Below are positions 31,430 through 42,883 of a DNA stretch of 64,000 nucleotides, in pieces. A program made the position numbers and the translations under genes. Source of the DNA: Pseudomonadota bacterium (lineage in GTDB: Bacteria > Bdellovibrionota > Bdellovibrionia > Bdellovibrionales > Bdellovibrionaceae); contig JBEGVH010000031.1 of assembly GCA_041178425.1 (NCBI GenBank), forward strand, positions 135,206-199,205, given 5' to 3'. Under the pieces are notes generated by a model. The model had not been told where the DNA came from and did not search any database. It saw only the letters and a list, made by a program, of their open reading frames with translations. The stretch's first letter is position 1. Every line of letters begins with the position of its first letter.

Positions 31430-32442
31430 GTTTTCTACTCAGAAGTGCACGCCCCGAAGACTTGGGTCAACTTGTCGATTTGGCGAAGCAATTTAACCTC
31501 TTGAATCTCCCAGGTGACCGAAAAACCCTGAGCGAAAAAATTGAACGAAGTGTGGCCTCTTTTGGTGGGGATCTTGCAAAAAATGCCGCAGAATATTTAT
31601 TTGTTATAGAGGATGTTGAAGAAAAATTGATTGTTGGCAGCTCCTTGATTTTGCCAAAACATGGCACCGATGAGGTTCCACACACCTTTTTTAAGGTACT
31701 TAAAAAGAATCACTATAGCGAAGATCTTGGCATTGGTTTTATACACCAAGTTTTAAGGTTTCAGATGGACACTGATGGGCCAACAGAAATCGGCGGTCTT
31801 TTAGTAGACAAAACCTATCGCCGTCGACCAGAGAAGCTCGGCAGACAAATTAGTTTTGTGCGATTTAATTACATCGGAATGTATCCAGAGCGTTTCGAAG
31901 AGAGATTGCTTTGCGAACTGACCCCGCCCTTAACTGATGAAGGCAGGAGTGAGTTTTGGGAGGCCTTGGGTCGACGGTTTACCGGTCTTCCTTACCAAGA
32001 AGCCGATGCTCTTAGCCAGTCTCACAAGGAATTCATACAGAGCTTATTTCCGGAAGAAGACATTTATCTTTGCTTGCTCGACACAAAGGCTCGAACAGTG
32101 GTGGGACGCGTGGGCGAAAGCACAAAGCCGGCTCAGCATCTTCTGGAGAGCATTGGTTTTCATTACCTTGAAGAGGTAGATCCTTTTGATGGTGGTCCTC
32201 ACTACGGAGCCAGTGTTCAAGATTTGTTGCCTGTTAAGTACGGAAAAAATCTCCGTGCGACTGACTGGAGTGATTCAAATTTTAAAAAAGTAGGTCTTAT
32301 AGGAGTCGATAAAGACGGTTATCGATGTGTTCAATCTCCCTACGAAGACCGAGGCGATGAAGTGGCTTTGCCACCGCTAACGAAAAAGCTTCTGGAGATT
32401 GAAAATGACGAGTCGGTGTACGTTACGCCGAGTAAGTTTTAG
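31426..32442 (+). CDS. astA: Arginine/ornithine N-succinyltransferase
   Basis: NLP.D...L..KI.RS..SF, YLFVIED, TEIGGL, SEFWEALGRRF, VDPFDGGP. ATGA overlap with the upstream gene. Confidence 0.9.
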   Translation: MSFLLRSARPEDLGQLVDLAKQFNLLNLPGDRKTLSEKIERSVASFGGDLAKNAAEYLFVIEDVEEKLIVGSSLILPKHGTDEVPHTFFKVLKKNHYSEDLGIGFIHQVLRFQMDTDGPTEIGGLLVDKTYRRRPEKLGRQISFVRFNYIGMYPERFEERLLCELTPPLTDEGRSEFWEALGRRFTGLPYQEADALSQSHKEFIQSLFPEEDIYLCLLDTKARTVVGRVGESTKPAQHLLESIGFHYLEEVDPFDGGPHYGASVQDLLPVKYGKNLRATDWSDSNFKKVGLIGVDKDGYRCVQSPYEDRGDEVALPPLTKKLLEIENDESVYVTPSKF

Positions 32443-32459
32443 CAAAGTGGGAGTGAAGC

Positions 32460-33977
32460 ATGGCTTCTCAATTTAACATTAGCTATATGGGTGATTACAT
32501 CCACGGAGAATTTGTAAAGTTCGAAGAGGGAAGTGGCATCATCTCAGATCGAAGTCCCGGCGATCTCAATGATCACATCATGGACGTCCCCTTTCTCTAC
32601 GAGAATGTCGATAAGGCATGTCACTACGCCAAGGTAGCTTATCCAATGTGGGCGAGAAAAACTCAACAAGAGCGAAACGAATGTCTTTATCGACTAAAGG
32701 AACTTTTTATTTCCCACGAGTCCGAAATGGCAGAGGCTATTTCGAGAGATACGGGTAAGCCATTGTGGGAGGCAACGACCGAGGCCAAGGGCTTAAGTCA
32801 GAAAATAGATATCACTCTAACCCATTCGATGAAGTTAGTTGCCGAGGAACACATCGCCAATGCACTGCCAGGGGTCGAGGGGGTTATTCGCTATAAATCA
32901 CGTGGAGTGATGGCCGTTCTTGGTCCTTTCAACTTTCCAGCGCATTTACCGAACGGGCATATTATACCTGCCCTCGCACTTGGAAACACAATTGTGTTTA
33001 AACCTTCGGAGCAAACGCCTGCGGTGGGACAGCTCTACGCCCAAATATTTCACAAAGCTGGATTTCCAAGAGGCGTTTTCAACATGATTCAAGGAGACGG
33101 CGAGTGCGGTAGAAAACTCGTCATCAGTGAAAACATCGATGGAATTCTATTTACGGGTAGCTACGAAGTTGGACTCAGAATCAAACAAGAAACATTAACC
33201 CATTACTGGAAGCTTTTAGCTCTCGAAATGGGTGGTAAAAATGCAACGGTTGTTTGGGAAGATGCCGATCTCGATAAGGCCGTTTATGAATCTTTGGTGG
33301 GCGCCTTTATGACGGCAGGGCAACGTTGTTCTTGTACCAGCCGAATTATCGTTCATGAAAAAGTGGCCAATGAGTTTACAGATCGCTTCTATGAAGCGGC
33401 CAAGAAAATAACTATAGGTCATTGGAGCGAAAATCCTTTTATGGGATCTCTCATAAGCGCACAGGCGGTTGAGAAATATCTTCGCTTTCAAGAAATCGCT
33501 AGACGTGAAAATTGTGAAAGCCTTATGCGTGGGAAGGTTCTCGATCTTAAGCACAAAGGCCATTATGTCACTCCAAGCATTCATCTTGTGGGTGGTTTTA
33601 ACGAACAATCGGTGTATCAGAAGAGCGAAATTTTTGGACCGAATGTCGCAATTTATAAAACAAATGATTTTGATGAATCAATGAAGATCGTCAATTCAAC
33701 GGGCTTCGGATTGGTGATGGCGCTATTTTCAAAAAATAGAGCTCTTTATGAAGAAGCAGTTTTTAAAGCAAATGTTGGTTTGCTCAACTGGAATCGTACG
33801 ACTAATGGCGCAAGCTCGCGCCTTCCCTTCGGTGGAACCGGAAAATCCGGTAATGATCGTGCATCGGCTCACTTCGCTGTTCAATACTGTTCAGTTCCAA
33901 TGGCAAACCTAGAAGATCCAACCCCTTTTGATCCCACGAAAATACTTCCTGGGATGAACTATGAGGTGAAGAGATGA
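32460..33977 (+). CDS. astD: Succinylglutamate-semialdehyde dehydrogenase
   Basis: GPFNFPAHLPNGHI.PAL..GN, LALEMGGKN, AGQRCSC, NWNR.T.GASS.LPFGG.G.SGN.R. Confidence 0.9.
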   Translation: MASQFNISYMGDYIHGEFVKFEEGSGIISDRSPGDLNDHIMDVPFLYENVDKACHYAKVAYPMWARKTQQERNECLYRLKELFISHESEMAEAISRDTGKPLWEATTEAKGLSQKIDITLTHSMKLVAEEHIANALPGVEGVIRYKSRGVMAVLGPFNFPAHLPNGHIIPALALGNTIVFKPSEQTPAVGQLYAQIFHKAGFPRGVFNMIQGDGECGRKLVISENIDGILFTGSYEVGLRIKQETLTHYWKLLALEMGGKNATVVWEDADLDKAVYESLVGAFMTAGQRCSCTSRIIVHEKVANEFTDRFYEAAKKITIGHWSENPFMGSLISAQAVEKYLRFQEIARRENCESLMRGKVLDLKHKGHYVTPSIHLVGGFNEQSVYQKSEIFGPNVAIYKTNDFDESMKIVNSTGFGLVMALFSKNRALYEEAVFKANVGLLNWNRTTNGASSRLPFGGTGKSGNDRASAHFAVQYCSVPMANLEDPTPFDPTKILPGMNYEVKR

Positions 33978-35029
33978 AATGGCTTGGCTTAATCGTCTTA
34001 TTTGTAGTCGGTGTAGCAGCAGGATTTCTATTTACTGTCACAGAAGACTACTACGAAAAGCCTTTTGGTGAGGGCTCGGTATCTGTGGTTTTTTCTGTTT
34101 CCCAGGGTGAATCGTTTGGCTCCATCAGTCGGAGATTAGAGCAGAAAAAGCTCATTCACCACCCAAAGTTATTAAGCTTTTTGGCACGAATTTACGGAAT
34201 TCGCGGAAAGATGCGTGCCGGTGAATATTCCTTAAAGGATAACCAATCGCCTGAGGAAATTCTTACGATTTTATCTTCAGGTCGAAGTATCAACTATCCG
34301 TTTACTGTTACGGAGGGTTTAAACTCTTTTGAAATAGCTCTTATGTTTGAAAAAAAGGGCTACGGAAAAAAAGAAAGTTTTTTACAGGCCTGTGCTGATG
34401 CAGAGGCTTTACAAAAAATACTAAGTGAGAAAGTAAAATCCTGTGAAGGTTACCTTTTTCCAGACACCTACAGTTTTGAGAAGAAAACCACGGCGAAGCA
34501 GATGATCGAAGTGATGATGCAATCTTTTTTGCGTAATTATGAGATGGTGTCGAGCGGACGAACTTTACCCCAAAAGTGGACTCGCCACCAAGTTATTACC
34601 TTCGCCAGTTTGATCGAAAAAGAGACTGGTGCTCCTGAAGAACGCCCGCTCATCGCCTCTGTGTTTTACAATCGCCTTCGTCAAAACATTCGTTTGCAAA
34701 CTGATCCAACGGTACAGTATGGCGTCTTGTTTACCACCGGAGTGTATCCGATGAATATCACTCGCAAAGACCTCACGACGCCAACTCCCTACAATACGTA
34801 TACTAATTTTGGCTTGCCTCCGGGGCCTATTTCGAACCCTGGTATGGATGCTATACGAGCGGTCTTCAAGCCGGCGCAGTCCGACTTTATTTTCTTTGTG
34901 AGCCGTAATGATGGAACCCACGTGTTTACTAAAACCTATGATGAGCACAGAAAAGCGGTTCAAAACTTTCAGATCGATCCAAAAGCTCGCGAAGGGAAAT
35001 CCTGGAGAAACCTAACCAAAGAAAATTAG
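33974..35029 (+). CDS. mltG: Endolytic transglycosylase MltG
   Basis: EGYLFPDTY, ASLIEKET, FYNRL, LQTDPTV, YNTY...GLPPGPI.NPG. Confidence 0.95.
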   Translation: MKWLGLIVLFVVGVAAGFLFTVTEDYYEKPFGEGSVSVVFSVSQGESFGSISRRLEQKKLIHHPKLLSFLARIYGIRGKMRAGEYSLKDNQSPEEILTILSSGRSINYPFTVTEGLNSFEIALMFEKKGYGKKESFLQACADAEALQKILSEKVKSCEGYLFPDTYSFEKKTTAKQMIEVMMQSFLRNYEMVSSGRTLPQKWTRHQVITFASLIEKETGAPEERPLIASVFYNRLRQNIRLQTDPTVQYGVLFTTGVYPMNITRKDLTTPTPYNTYTNFGLPPGPISNPGMDAIRAVFKPAQSDFIFFVSRNDGTHVFTKTYDEHRKAVQNFQIDPKAREGKSWRNLTKEN

Positions 35030-35055
35030 GGATGTATCTAAAAGGATGCTACGAG

Positions 35056-35088
35056 AAAAGCCTGGGCAGAGTCGCCAGGCTTTTTTTT
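35056..35088. terminator. Bidirectional terminator
   Basis: aaaagcctgg...ccaggctttttttt. Confidence 0.85.
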
Positions 35089-35109
35089 GCGGGAATTCTA
35101 TGAAGAGTG

Positions 35110-36180
35110 TTAGTTTAAGTCTCCGAAAAAATATTCGAGCGCTAAGCTGAAAGAGCGAACCTCTTTGTAGGAAAGTGAGCGCGGATAAGAAAAACCAGGG
35201 ATCAGATCCAGGTAAATTCTTTTAGAAGGCGTACCATGCCGAAAATTTATATTAAAAAGTGATTCGGTTCGTACGAGTGCCCCGTTCTCTTTACCGGCGG
35301 TTACACGCACGTTATACGAAACAGAATTATATTTATTCACTGTGTGTATGATGCTCGGGCCGTGTGTGGTGAGAAAAAACTCATTGGTGACGAACCAATT
35401 CGCTTCATTGATGAAGCGGAATAAGAGGTCTTCCTTTAGAATTTTATCTGAAACCAAACTTGTTTTTTTTGTCCAGGCATTCGTTGTGTCCCACCCACCA
35501 CTAATGGAAAAGTGATGAACCAATTCGCCAGTTACGAAATTGTGGCGCACCCTAAAAATCGCTTGATAATCGAGGGCTGGTCGGGCCGCTAGTCGGCTCT
35601 CGAAGGTCACGTGCCACTGTTCTTCTTTTTTTGGCTTAATAATTTCGCCTATAAAGGGCGCATCGCCGAGCGGGGTTTGTTCGAGAAGTTCATTACGAAT
35701 AGAGGTTTCAAATTCTTTGGCCCTCGTTTCAAGGTTTCTGAGCTTGAGATTTAAATTAACTCCGAGCTCAAAATAATTGGGCCTATCGTTATAAAAAGTG
35801 TACGAGGGTGTGAGCCTCAAGGTGCTTCCGTTTCTTTCGTCATCACTCCGAGTATCGCCAAAAAAAGAGTCGATTCGGTTTGCCATGCCTACCACGGCAT
35901 CCGAAACGGTTACTCCGATAGCTTTTGGATAAAGTGCATCCACAGCATCCTTGGTATCCTCACCCTTGCCAACCTTTTCGGGCAGAGAAACAGGGGGTTC
36001 TTCAACAGGAGCCATTTTTTTTGTTTTTACCTTCGGTTTTTTCTTTGATGTTTTTACGATTGGAGCAACATCCACCGAATTGGTGGTTTGAGCCTTAACC
36101 TGAGCGTCTGCTGAACTCATAGAAAGCTCAAAAAACAGGAGAGTTAAAAAAATCGCTGTGCCTCGGCGTGAATGTCTCAA
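35110..36180 (-). CDS. Hypothetical outer-membrane beta-barrel protein
   Basis: Signal peptide, ANRIDSFFGD, beta-strand pattern, LEYFFG C-terminus. TTG start overlaps the kinase stop. Confidence 0.65.
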   Translation of the reverse strand: MRHSRRGTAIFLTLLFFELSMSSADAQVKAQTTNSVDVAPIVKTSKKKPKVKTKKMAPVEEPPVSLPEKVGKGEDTKDAVDALYPKAIGVTVSDAVVGMANRIDSFFGDTRSDDERNGSTLRLTPSYTFYNDRPNYFELGVNLNLKLRNLETRAKEFETSIRNELLEQTPLGDAPFIGEIIKPKKEEQWHVTFESRLAARPALDYQAIFRVRHNFVTGELVHHFSISGGWDTTNAWTKKTSLVSDKILKEDLLFRFINEANWFVTNEFFLTTHGPSIIHTVNKYNSVSYNVRVTAGKENGALVRTESLFNINFRHGTPSKRIYLDLIPGFSYPRSLSYKEVRSFSLALEYFFGDLN

Positions 36181-38126
36181 GCGATCTCCGGGTTTTGTTT
36201 CGATGGCTCAATGGGTAGGGTAATAATAAATTCAGTGCCGACGCCCACCTTTGAAGACACCTTAATGGTTCCTCCGTGGGAGTGAATAATACCGTAAGAA
36301 ATAGCAAGTCCAAGGCCCGTGCCCTGACCAACTCTTTTGGTTGTGAAGAAGGGATCAAATATTTTTTGTAAGAGATCGGGAGGTACTCCGGGCCCATTGT
36401 CTTGAATGGAAACACTCACTTGAGTTGGAGAACCCTCAGCGAGGGCAATCGCTTTTGTGGTGATCCAAACGGTGCCGCGACCCTCAATTGCTTGTGCCGC
36501 ATTTGAGAGAATGTTCATGAAGACTTGGTTGATCTGAGTTTGATTGCATATAATTTGCGGAAGGGACCCGAAGTCTTTTTCTACTGTGATTCTGTTTTTA
36601 AATTCACTGTTAAGAAGCCCTAGGGTTGTTTCGATAGATTCGTGAACATCCATAGGTCGATAAGCCTTTTCTTCGATGCGCGAAAAATTTCGAAGGCCTA
36701 TCACAATATCCTTGGTGCGACGAGCCCCCTCTTCGCAACTAGTGATTAGTTTTGGAAGATCTTTTCGTATATACTCGAGGTCATATTCGGCTTTCAGGTC
36801 TTCTAGTTTATTGGGGGTTACTGTCGCAGTGTCTACCAGAGTGATGAGTTTGTTCGAGTAGTCTCTCAAGTGTGTCATGTTTGAGTATATAAAACCAATG
36901 GGATTATTGAGTTCATGGGCCACGCCCGCTACGAGTTGTCCGAGGCTTGCCATTTTAGCTGACTGAACCAGTTGTCCTTGTGTGTCTTTGAGGTCATTAT
37001 TGGCCTCTTCGAGCTCTTTGATTTTGTCTTTTAGAGCTCGCTGCGTGGCGAGAATTCTTCGGCTGAGGTCATTGAATGAAGTCGTGAGTTGGCCAATTTC
37101 GTTATCGCTCTTAATGGGAAGCTCAATAATATTTTCACCCAAATGCAGATCTTGAATGGCCTCTATCAGCTCTGAGAGCGGTCGGAGAACCACATTGGAT
37201 GCGGCAAGAACTGACAGAACAAGAACAGCGAACATCGTTGCTAAAAGGGTGTAGTAAGCAACACGCAAATTATCAATAGCGATATTAGAAGCTTTTTTCG
37301 AGGCGGCAAGAGCAATCTTAACATCAGTTGTTCCCCATTGAAGCGTAGAGGCCATAAAACCTAGAGGCTCACCTCGCAGAGACACCGAAAGTGGCGGGCC
37401 ACCATGCTTTTTGCTAAACTCTTCAAAAAAATTATTTTTGTAGAGAAGAAAGTCTGGGTGCGATCCAACAATAATACGACCATTGGGCTCTAAGAGTATC
37501 GCGTGAATCTGCATGCGTTCACTGATTCGCCGAAGAAATCGTCCGTCGAGTGAGAGACTCTGTTTTAGGTAACCAGCAAGCGATTGATGAATAAAAACGG
37601 GAGAAATTAACGAAAGATTCAAAGCTTGGGGCGTTTCATAATCCGGAACCAAAAGGATTTGCTGTGATTTGCTAAGGCGTGACCGGATTTTGTCGTGAAG
37701 AGAAATTTGTTTTTTACTTTCACCGGGAGTGGCCGAAACCTGTAGGTTTTTACTGGTTTCTGCCAGGAGCTGACCATTCTCGTTGTAAAGAGTAAATATT
37801 GATGCCGTGGAGTTTGATTGCCAATCTGCAATTAGGTCAGCAATCGCCCGGCGATCGTTCTTTGCTAGTAGTTTTTGTAATTCTGAGTTGTTGATATACG
37901 CCAACTGCTGTTGGCTGAGCGCTTTTTGGAAGTCGGTGATGATCACTCGGATTTCAGAGAGGTTTCCTTGTAATCGCTGAACGAGTTCGTTATCGACAGT
38001 TTGTTCGAATTTATCAATAGAGTAGTAAGTAAGAAAAACCAAAGGAACTATGGAAAAAAGCAAAAACCAAAGTGCCAAAATCCAGCGTAGTGATTTTTTG
38101 GATCGAGATTTTGGCGATTTGTTCAT
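36177..38126 (-). CDS. Membrane sensor histidine kinase (Cache-like, HAMP, HisKA, HATPase)
   Basis: Two TM helices, DNEIGQL HAMP, VAHELNNP H-box, NAAQA, DNGPG, FDPFFTTK, GTGLGL. Confidence 0.95.
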   Translation of the reverse strand: MNKSPKSRSKKSLRWILALWFLLFSIVPLVFLTYYSIDKFEQTVDNELVQRLQGNLSEIRVIITDFQKALSQQQLAYINNSELQKLLAKNDRRAIADLIADWQSNSTASIFTLYNENGQLLAETSKNLQVSATPGESKKQISLHDKIRSRLSKSQQILLVPDYETPQALNLSLISPVFIHQSLAGYLKQSLSLDGRFLRRISERMQIHAILLEPNGRIIVGSHPDFLLYKNNFFEEFSKKHGGPPLSVSLRGEPLGFMASTLQWGTTDVKIALAASKKASNIAIDNLRVAYYTLLATMFAVLVLSVLAASNVVLRPLSELIEAIQDLHLGENIIELPIKSDNEIGQLTTSFNDLSRRILATQRALKDKIKELEEANNDLKDTQGQLVQSAKMASLGQLVAGVAHELNNPIGFIYSNMTHLRDYSNKLITLVDTATVTPNKLEDLKAEYDLEYIRKDLPKLITSCEEGARRTKDIVIGLRNFSRIEEKAYRPMDVHESIETTLGLLNSEFKNRITVEKDFGSLPQIICNQTQINQVFMNILSNAAQAIEGRGTVWITTKAIALAEGSPTQVSVSIQDNGPGVPPDLLQKIFDPFFTTKRVGQGTGLGLAISYGIIHSHGGTIKVSSKVGVGTEFIITLPIEPSKQNPEIA

Positions 38127-38974
38127 TTCCTTTTTTTATCTTTGGATGGCGGCCGAGGAACAACCGGCTCAGGCGGTTTTTCCTTCAGAATCCATAATTC
38201 CATACCAAAAATGGCTCCCTCCTCTTTATTTTCTGCTGGCGCACTAAGCCAGGTCAACTGACCGTGAGTACCCAGTTCAGATAACAAGGCTTCAGTTTGG
38301 CTGGAGGGAATACTTAGTCTTAAAAATGGAACGACTTGTTTGTCATCGGTTTCGCGCATGGATTGGTGTTCAATGCTAGCCCCGAGTCGCGGCAATGCCG
38401 TGGCTAACCGATTAGAAGTAAACCCAGGATTGGGCGAAAAGAGCTGGGCCTTTTGCTCGTATTCAAAAGAGGTGTCGTTAATTTCTACTGGTGGTGTGGT
38501 TGGTACTGGTTTTTGTTTTGTCTCTTCGCGGCTGACTTCACTGATGATGAGTTCGGGATGCTGAGACTTCATAAATTTTGTAATGTAACTCTCCCAAGGA
38601 AGAGTCAGGCTAGCGACTAACATTAACGAGCCAATAAAAACGGCCTCAAGCATCCAGAGCGCGTTTTTATTCCAAGTACGTAAGTTTATCAGCTGCAGTA
38701 AACGACTCTTCCAATGGAGGGGCCTTTTCAGCTGATCTAGCAATTCGGGTGTTAGCGTGGTTTTACTTAAGTGATGACAGTAGGAAAGGCCGTATAAGAT
38801 ATCATCGAGAGATTTGCCTAACTCGGGATTGCCTTGAAGAGCATTGGCAACGGCCCGCTCGCGGAGGGGATCTACGTTTTTCACCGAATAGTCATAAAGC
38901 ATTTGTTGAGCGAGAAAGGGGCTGAGTTCTCTTTTTTTAGGGTTTTGTAAATTAATACCAGATTCCTTTTTCAT
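38123..38974 (-). CDS. Hypothetical single-pass membrane protein (anti-sigma-like topology)
   Basis: N-terminal helical domain with CHH, one TM helix, periplasmic domain; directly downstream of a sigma-like gene. Confidence 0.55.
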   Translation of the reverse strand: MKKESGINLQNPKKRELSPFLAQQMLYDYSVKNVDPLRERAVANALQGNPELGKSLDDILYGLSYCHHLSKTTLTPELLDQLKRPLHWKSRLLQLINLRTWNKNALWMLEAVFIGSLMLVASLTLPWESYITKFMKSQHPELIISEVSREETKQKPVPTTPPVEINDTSFEYEQKAQLFSPNPGFTSNRLATALPRLGASIEHQSMRETDDKQVVPFLRLSIPSSQTEALLSELGTHGQLTWLSAPAENKEEGAIFGMELWILKEKPPEPVVPRPPSKDKKRK

Positions 38975-39001
38975 ATCACAAAACTCCTTTTGGGCCCGCT
39001 T

Positions 39002-39478
39002 TTAAGAGTATTGAATATTGCCAATCGAGGGCCGATTCAGTTGTCCAAGGAGTGCCAGTGCACTTCCAACTCGGTAACGAATGGTACCCTCACTCACTCT
39101 AAGGCATCGCGCGAGGGCTCCTTCTGATAGGCCCAGTATGTGAACGCAAATCACGGCGAGTAACTCATTCTCGGAACATTTTTTTTGGAATTCTTTCCAT
39201 GGATTCAAATCAATGTGTTCAGGCCACTGCAGGGCTTTAATACTGATAAGTTGAGATTGATTAGAGTAAACCTGGCTGCGAGTCAGTTTCCACTGTTCAA
39301 TGCAGCACCTTATCGCTAGTTCTAAGTCGGAGTCTTCAAGGGCAGAGGCGCCCGCCTGTTCTTTTAGGCGATTACTTAGCTCTATGAGAGCTTGCCGGGT
39401 GGCTTCTTTTGAGAATTCTTCGTCAAGAGTCAGCAAGAGGAAAAAAAGCGCGGATTTTCTGATGATTTCATCCGTCAT
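39002..39478 (-). CDS. Degenerate ECF sigma-factor-like protein (region 4 HTH)
   Basis: GLSEGALARCLRVSEGTIRYRVGSAL matches the sigma4.2 pattern; region 2 is poorly conserved. Confidence 0.6.
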   Translation of the reverse strand: MTDEIIRKSALFFLLLTLDEEFSKEATRQALIELSNRLKEQAGASALEDSDLELAIRCCIEQWKLTRSQVYSNQSQLISIKALQWPEHIDLNPWKEFQKKCSENELLAVICVHILGLSEGALARCLRVSEGTIRYRVGSALALLGQLNRPSIGNIQYS

Positions 39479-39500
39479 TTTTTCCCCTTACATCAAATCC

Positions 39501-40580
<1,080 letters not shown>

Positions 40581-40658
40581 TTAGGTGTGTCGGGAGCGAG
40601 TGTCAATTTAAAGACAAGCCCATTCTTGAGGCAGGGCGTCTCAGTTAATTTGTTTAGG

Positions 40659-42305
40659 TTACTGAGTTTTACTCGCCTGCCAACTGAGCTCCTGGGCGAT
40701 ATATTTTTTTACCCCTTGTTTTTGATTTTCAAGCTCAGCATTCGACCAACCCAATTCGTTCTGCGCCAGCAATCCGAGAACATCAAGGCTCGAGAGACCG
40801 TGATCTGGCTCGGACAAGAAAAGTGGGCATCGGCGTGTATAGAAATCGACTAAGTTTAAACACATGGTATTGCGAATAGCATGGAGAAGTTCCATCTCCA
40901 GTCGAGTGAGGCTTTGGCCATAGCCGTGTTTTAACATTTCTTCGGCTTCCATTCCATGGCGAAAGGCAAGCTTCGAAGTGTCTTCGGCTGATAGGTGATA
41001 CGTTTGGCTCCAATAATCGCGCATAACTAGGGCGCGATGATAATTGTCCGGAGAGCAGTATGGATTCAGGGGCAAATCAGTTTTATTTGTTGCAAAGGTG
41101 GCTTGGTCTTCGCGATTGAAATCTTTGAGCGCCTGCTCTGTAGCCTCTTCAGCAATGAGTCGATAAGTGGTATATTTTCCACCCATAACAAAGGTCACTC
41201 CGTTTTCAGTGGTCATAATTTTATGTTCCCGACTCGTTTTTCCCTCTGATTGTGATCCATCTTCAACCAAGGGTCGAACGCCCGCATAGGTGGCAATAAT
41301 ATCTTCACTCGTAAGTTGAGCTCCCGGAAAATATTCATTAGCAACCTTGAGAACATATTTAACATCGGCACTATTCGCCGTGACGCTATCGGGAGAGTCT
41401 TTAAAGTCGGTATCGGTGGTTCCGATAACAATCATTTCGTGTCTTGGAATGGCAAAAACAATTCGGTTTTCGCTGTCGACAGCCATGACAACAGCTTCTT
41501 TCAGCGGCAGGCGATCTTTTGCCAAGGTAATGTGGATTCCCTTGGTGGGGCGCAGTGAGCGCTTCCAGCTATTGTCTAAGGATGGCGCGACCTCGTCTGT
41601 CCATGGGCCTACGCAGCTTACAACGTGTTTGGCTCGCACTTCGAAGGGAGAGCTCTTTGCATTGAGTTCGTCTTTGGCAACCACTCCCATCACTCGACCA
41701 AAAGGGCTGGTGATGGCTTTGGTAGCCTTGGTGTAGTTAACGATAGTGGCTCCAAGCTCGTTAGCAGAGCGGAGTGTCTCGGTGACTAATCGATCGTCGT
41801 CCATGTAGGCATCGGAATAAACAAAACTTCCAACGAGGCCATCGGTTTTCATCCACGGCATGCGCTCAGACGTTTCTTGTGGATCGAGGGATTCATGGAG
41901 CTGGCTTTGAAAGAGAGCTAAAACATCATAGAGCCACATTCCCATGCCCATTTTAAAAAAGCCGACTCGGGAGTTTTCGTAAATCGGCAAGAGAAAACGA
42001 AGAGAATGCACCAAGTGTGGTGCCAACTCATATAATTTTTCGCGTTCATTAAGAGCTTCAAAGACCAATCCAAACTCGAGATTCTCGAGGTAACGAATAC
42101 CACCGTGAACAAGTTTGCTCGAGCGGGAGCTAGTGCCCCAGGCAAAATCCGACTTTTCAAGAAGGGCGACTTTCATGCCGCGTGAGGCGGCGTCTCGGGC
42201 AATCCCGGCACCAAGAATGCCTCCTCCCACAACGAGCAGATCGAATTCGGTGTCTTTGAGCTTCTGGAGATTTTCTATTCGTGTTTTTGCTGAAAAAGTC
42301 TTCAT
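40659..42305 (-). CDS. glpD: FAD-dependent glycerol-3-phosphate dehydrogenase
   Basis: VVGGGILG, DFAWGTSSRSSKLVHGGIRYL, GTTD, AGVRPL, GGKYTTYR. ATG at 42305. Confidence 0.93.
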   Translation of the reverse strand: MKTFSAKTRIENLQKLKDTEFDLLVVGGGILGAGIARDAASRGMKVALLEKSDFAWGTSSRSSKLVHGGIRYLENLEFGLVFEALNEREKLYELAPHLVHSLRFLLPIYENSRVGFFKMGMGMWLYDVLALFQSQLHESLDPQETSERMPWMKTDGLVGSFVYSDAYMDDDRLVTETLRSANELGATIVNYTKATKAITSPFGRVMGVVAKDELNAKSSPFEVRAKHVVSCVGPWTDEVAPSLDNSWKRSLRPTKGIHITLAKDRLPLKEAVVMAVDSENRIVFAIPRHEMIVIGTTDTDFKDSPDSVTANSADVKYVLKVANEYFPGAQLTSEDIIATYAGVRPLVEDGSQSEGKTSREHKIMTTENGVTFVMGGKYTTYRLIAEEATEQALKDFNREDQATFATNKTDLPLNPYCSPDNYHRALVMRDYWSQTYHLSAEDTSKLAFRHGMEAEEMLKHGYGQSLTRLEMELLHAIRNTMCLNLVDFYTRRCPLFLSEPDHGLSSLDVLGLLAQNELGWSNAELENQKQGVKKYIAQELSWQASKTQ

Positions 42306-42784
42306 GGTTGAGCCTTTGTCGTTAGCACCTGTAGAACCTCGGGAGTCCAAGCAGTGGCTTTGTATGTCGTTACTGAATTTAAAAGCGCATTTGTTGCAGG
42401 AAAGTAAACCTTTTGTAAATGCTTATCGCGTCCGAGCTTGTAAGCAAACTCGCACAATTGATCGCGTGCCGAGAGCTGGGTGTAATTAAGGTGCTCAATC
42501 CAGAGGCTCTGCGTTTGCCCATTCAAGAACAGCAAAGGTTGAGCCAGAAAATACCCCACCAGCGAACCATGATTCGAAAAAGTACTTGGCACTTCACGGT
42601 CTCTCATCACAAAGCTCCAGCCGCTCTTGAGATAGTGTTCTAAGGATTCTTTACGCCAAGGGCTGCTCCATCGAGCCAGGCTCTGTTCGATCTCTGTGGG
42701 ATAGAGTTCTTTGAGTTTTTCTTCTTCGTAAAAAAGAATTTCTTCTAAATTTTCGAGGGTCGCATTAATGAACTCAACAGACAC
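42302..42784 (-). CDS. Hypothetical protein, possible GNAT fold
   Basis: GWSFV...LVGYFLAQ...LWIEHL beta-strand pattern; translationally coupled to glpD. Confidence 0.5.
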   Translation of the reverse strand: MSVEFINATLENLEEILFYEEEKLKELYPTEIEQSLARWSSPWRKESLEHYLKSGWSFVMRDREVPSTFSNHGSLVGYFLAQPLLFLNGQTQSLWIEHLNYTQLSARDQLCEFAYKLGRDKHLQKVYFPATNALLNSVTTYKATAWTPEVLQVLTTKAQP

Positions 42785-42883
42785 GCAGAATCCTTGGTTT
42801 TTCTTTTTTTAAAGGCTCTTTCGACCTCTAATACTGTTGTAACAAACAGTTTTCATTTGTAAAAGTAAAACTTATCTTTCAAG

